This document shows positions 63,853 through 64,000 of a DNA stretch of 64,000 nt, in pieces; position 1 is the first letter of the stretch; each line of letters starts with the position of its first letter. The DNA is taken from NCBI GenBank assembly GCA_963714425.1, contig CAVQOI010000003.1, positions 8,062 to 72,061 of the forward strand, in the 5' to 3' direction. Under the pieces are notes generated by a model, which was not told the DNA's origin, did not search any database, and saw only the letters and a list, made by a program, of their open reading frames with translations. Both the position numbers and the translations under genes were made by a program. The DNA is from an uncultured Chloroflexia bacterium (GTDB lineage Bacteria > Chloroflexota > Anaerolineae > Anaerolineales > UBA4823).

Positions 63853-64000
63853 TCAACCCGACGTCATCTGGTAGCCGTCGATGATGCCGTCTGAAAAGTT
63901 CACTAGGCAGCCGCGTAAGATCCCCTCGCCATACTCGCTCCCGGGGTTAACGCAAGTCGTGCGACCAATTTTCGCCACCGATTGGGATTCGTGGATGTGC
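63853..64000 (-). CDS. metallophosphoesterase, 3' partial (continues beyond the window), paralog of 57141..58079
   Basis: Hand translation of the minus strand gives HIHESQSVAKIGRTTCVNPGSEYGEGILRGCLVNFSDGIIDGYQMTSG*. This aligns with HGHIHEGKGSRKLRRTLCINPGSMYEQGILHGVVIEL... Confidence 0.7.
   Translation of the reverse strand, partial: HIHESQSVAKIGRTTCVNPGSEYGEGILRGCLVNFSDGIIDGYQMTSG

Overview
GC-rich (judged by eye, not computed) bacterial chromosomal window with about 60 protein genes, one tRNA-Pro(UGG), and no rRNA or CRISPR. Gene content and the intergenic repeats look Chloroflexota/Anaerolineae-like; this is a low-confidence inference.

Layout:
- 1-1.5 kb: mobile-element remnant (DUF4096 IS5-like ORF, a KHG-motif ORF, repeats).
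- 1.5-6 kb, minus strand: housekeeping operon yqeY-like / HDIG 7TM (PgpH-like) / ybeY / dgkA, plus a TIM-barrel AP-endonuclease-like gene.
- 6.7-11.9 kb: GntR(HutC) - MFS - sphingosine-1-phosphate-lyase-like PLP enzyme - FGGY kinase unit, ending in a clean terminator.
- 12.3 kb onward: stand-alone MIO (HAL/PAL family) lyase, then HIT, mtaB, clpC, radA.
- 20.8-33 kb: mixed accessory stretch with an orphan BrnA, a TcmP-like methyltransferase, DUF2807, a flavin-dependent halogenase, a GT-C glycosyltransferase, phosphoesterases, a beta-lactamase-fold hydrolase, and a PucC/BCD-type MFS with an HTH regulator.
- 33.9-35.8 kb: RAYT/REP insertion bounded by ~115-nt direct repeats, next to tRNA-Pro.
- 37.4-41.4 kb: hsp20, rhomboid protease and three coiled-coil membrane proteins.
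- 41.5-44.8 kb: dnaJ/cbpA-like, htrA and an eRF1/Vms1-like (baeRF) gene.
- 45-48 kb: pseudo-receiver/GAF protein plus a histidine kinase.
- 48-64 kb: one long minus-strand block containing DUF47-PiT, an NPP/AlkP-family enzyme, a PotA-type ABC importer, two paralogous metallophosphoesterase + APC-permease pairs, a choline/ethanolamine-kinase-like gene and a DMGDH/sarcosine-dehydrogenase-like FAD+GcvT fusion.

Most interesting candidates:
- The dnaJ-htrA-baeRF quality-control module.
- The duplicated phosphoesterase/permease + kinase + demethylase-like cluster.
- The GntR-MFS-SPL-like-FGGY cluster.

Caveat: at least seven single-nucleotide frame disruptions hit otherwise intact conserved genes (clpC, radA, SBP twice, APC permease, RAYT, a coiled-coil gene), several at homopolymers. 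This points to assembly indel errors rather than real pseudogenes.

The window is also rich in GC-rich hairpin repeats and 7-8 nt tandem repeats at gene boundaries.
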